64,000 nucleotides of DNA from Octopus sinensis. Taxonomy: Eukaryota. The notes under the pieces are model-generated. The model saw only the letters and a program-made list of their open reading frames with translations, did no database searches and was not told where the DNA came from. The position numbers were made by a program, and so were the translations under genes. The DNA lies in the NCBI RefSeq assembly GCF_006345805.1, contig NC_043002.1, forward strand, positions 84,134,001 through 84,198,000, given 5' to 3'. Positions 63,715 through 64,000 of the stretch are shown piece after piece (position 1 is the stretch's first letter; every line of letters begins with the position of its first letter).

Positions 63715-64000
63715 AAGGCAACACGCTGACAGAATCATTAGCATGCTGGATGACACATTGAGGTCGACTTTGCCTTTCATTCTTTTGGGGTCGATAAAAT
63801 AAGTACCAGTTGAAGACTGGGGCTGATGTAATTGACTCATTGCCTCCCACAAAATTGCTACTCTTGTGGCAAACTTTGAAACCATTATTGTTGATGTTGT
63901 TGTTATTTTTTACTAATTTTCATTATTTTGGAAATAGTTTCTATGGGAATGGCCAATTAGAAAGACATCTTGAAAATCAAAATATGTGACATAATATCTA

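Overview
AT-rich, repeat-dense eukaryotic genomic DNA. The SINE, RTE/CR1 LINE and Tc1/hAT repertoire looks like an octopod cephalopod (inferred from recalled repeat families). The main feature is a minus-strand gene of at least six coding exons (57458-58509, 38772-47609, 36424-36781, 35091-35416, 32349-32618, 31093-31533). All junctions are GT-AG and phase-compatible, giving at least 3,761 codons. The product has 14 nuclear-receptor-type C4 zinc-finger DNA-binding domains (DBDs) separated by long low-complexity linkers, and no ligand-binding domain is visible. Nine DBDs lie in one 8,838-bp exon. Only the last DBD is canonical (P-box CEGCKG, RAR-like). The other 13 all have different P-boxes and share derived spacing. 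The left end holds the 5' part of a minus-strand selenocysteine-lyase-like gene. The rest is SINEs, LINE fragments, Tc1/mariner, hAT, piggyBac-like and Merlin-like MITE remnants, and microsatellites.
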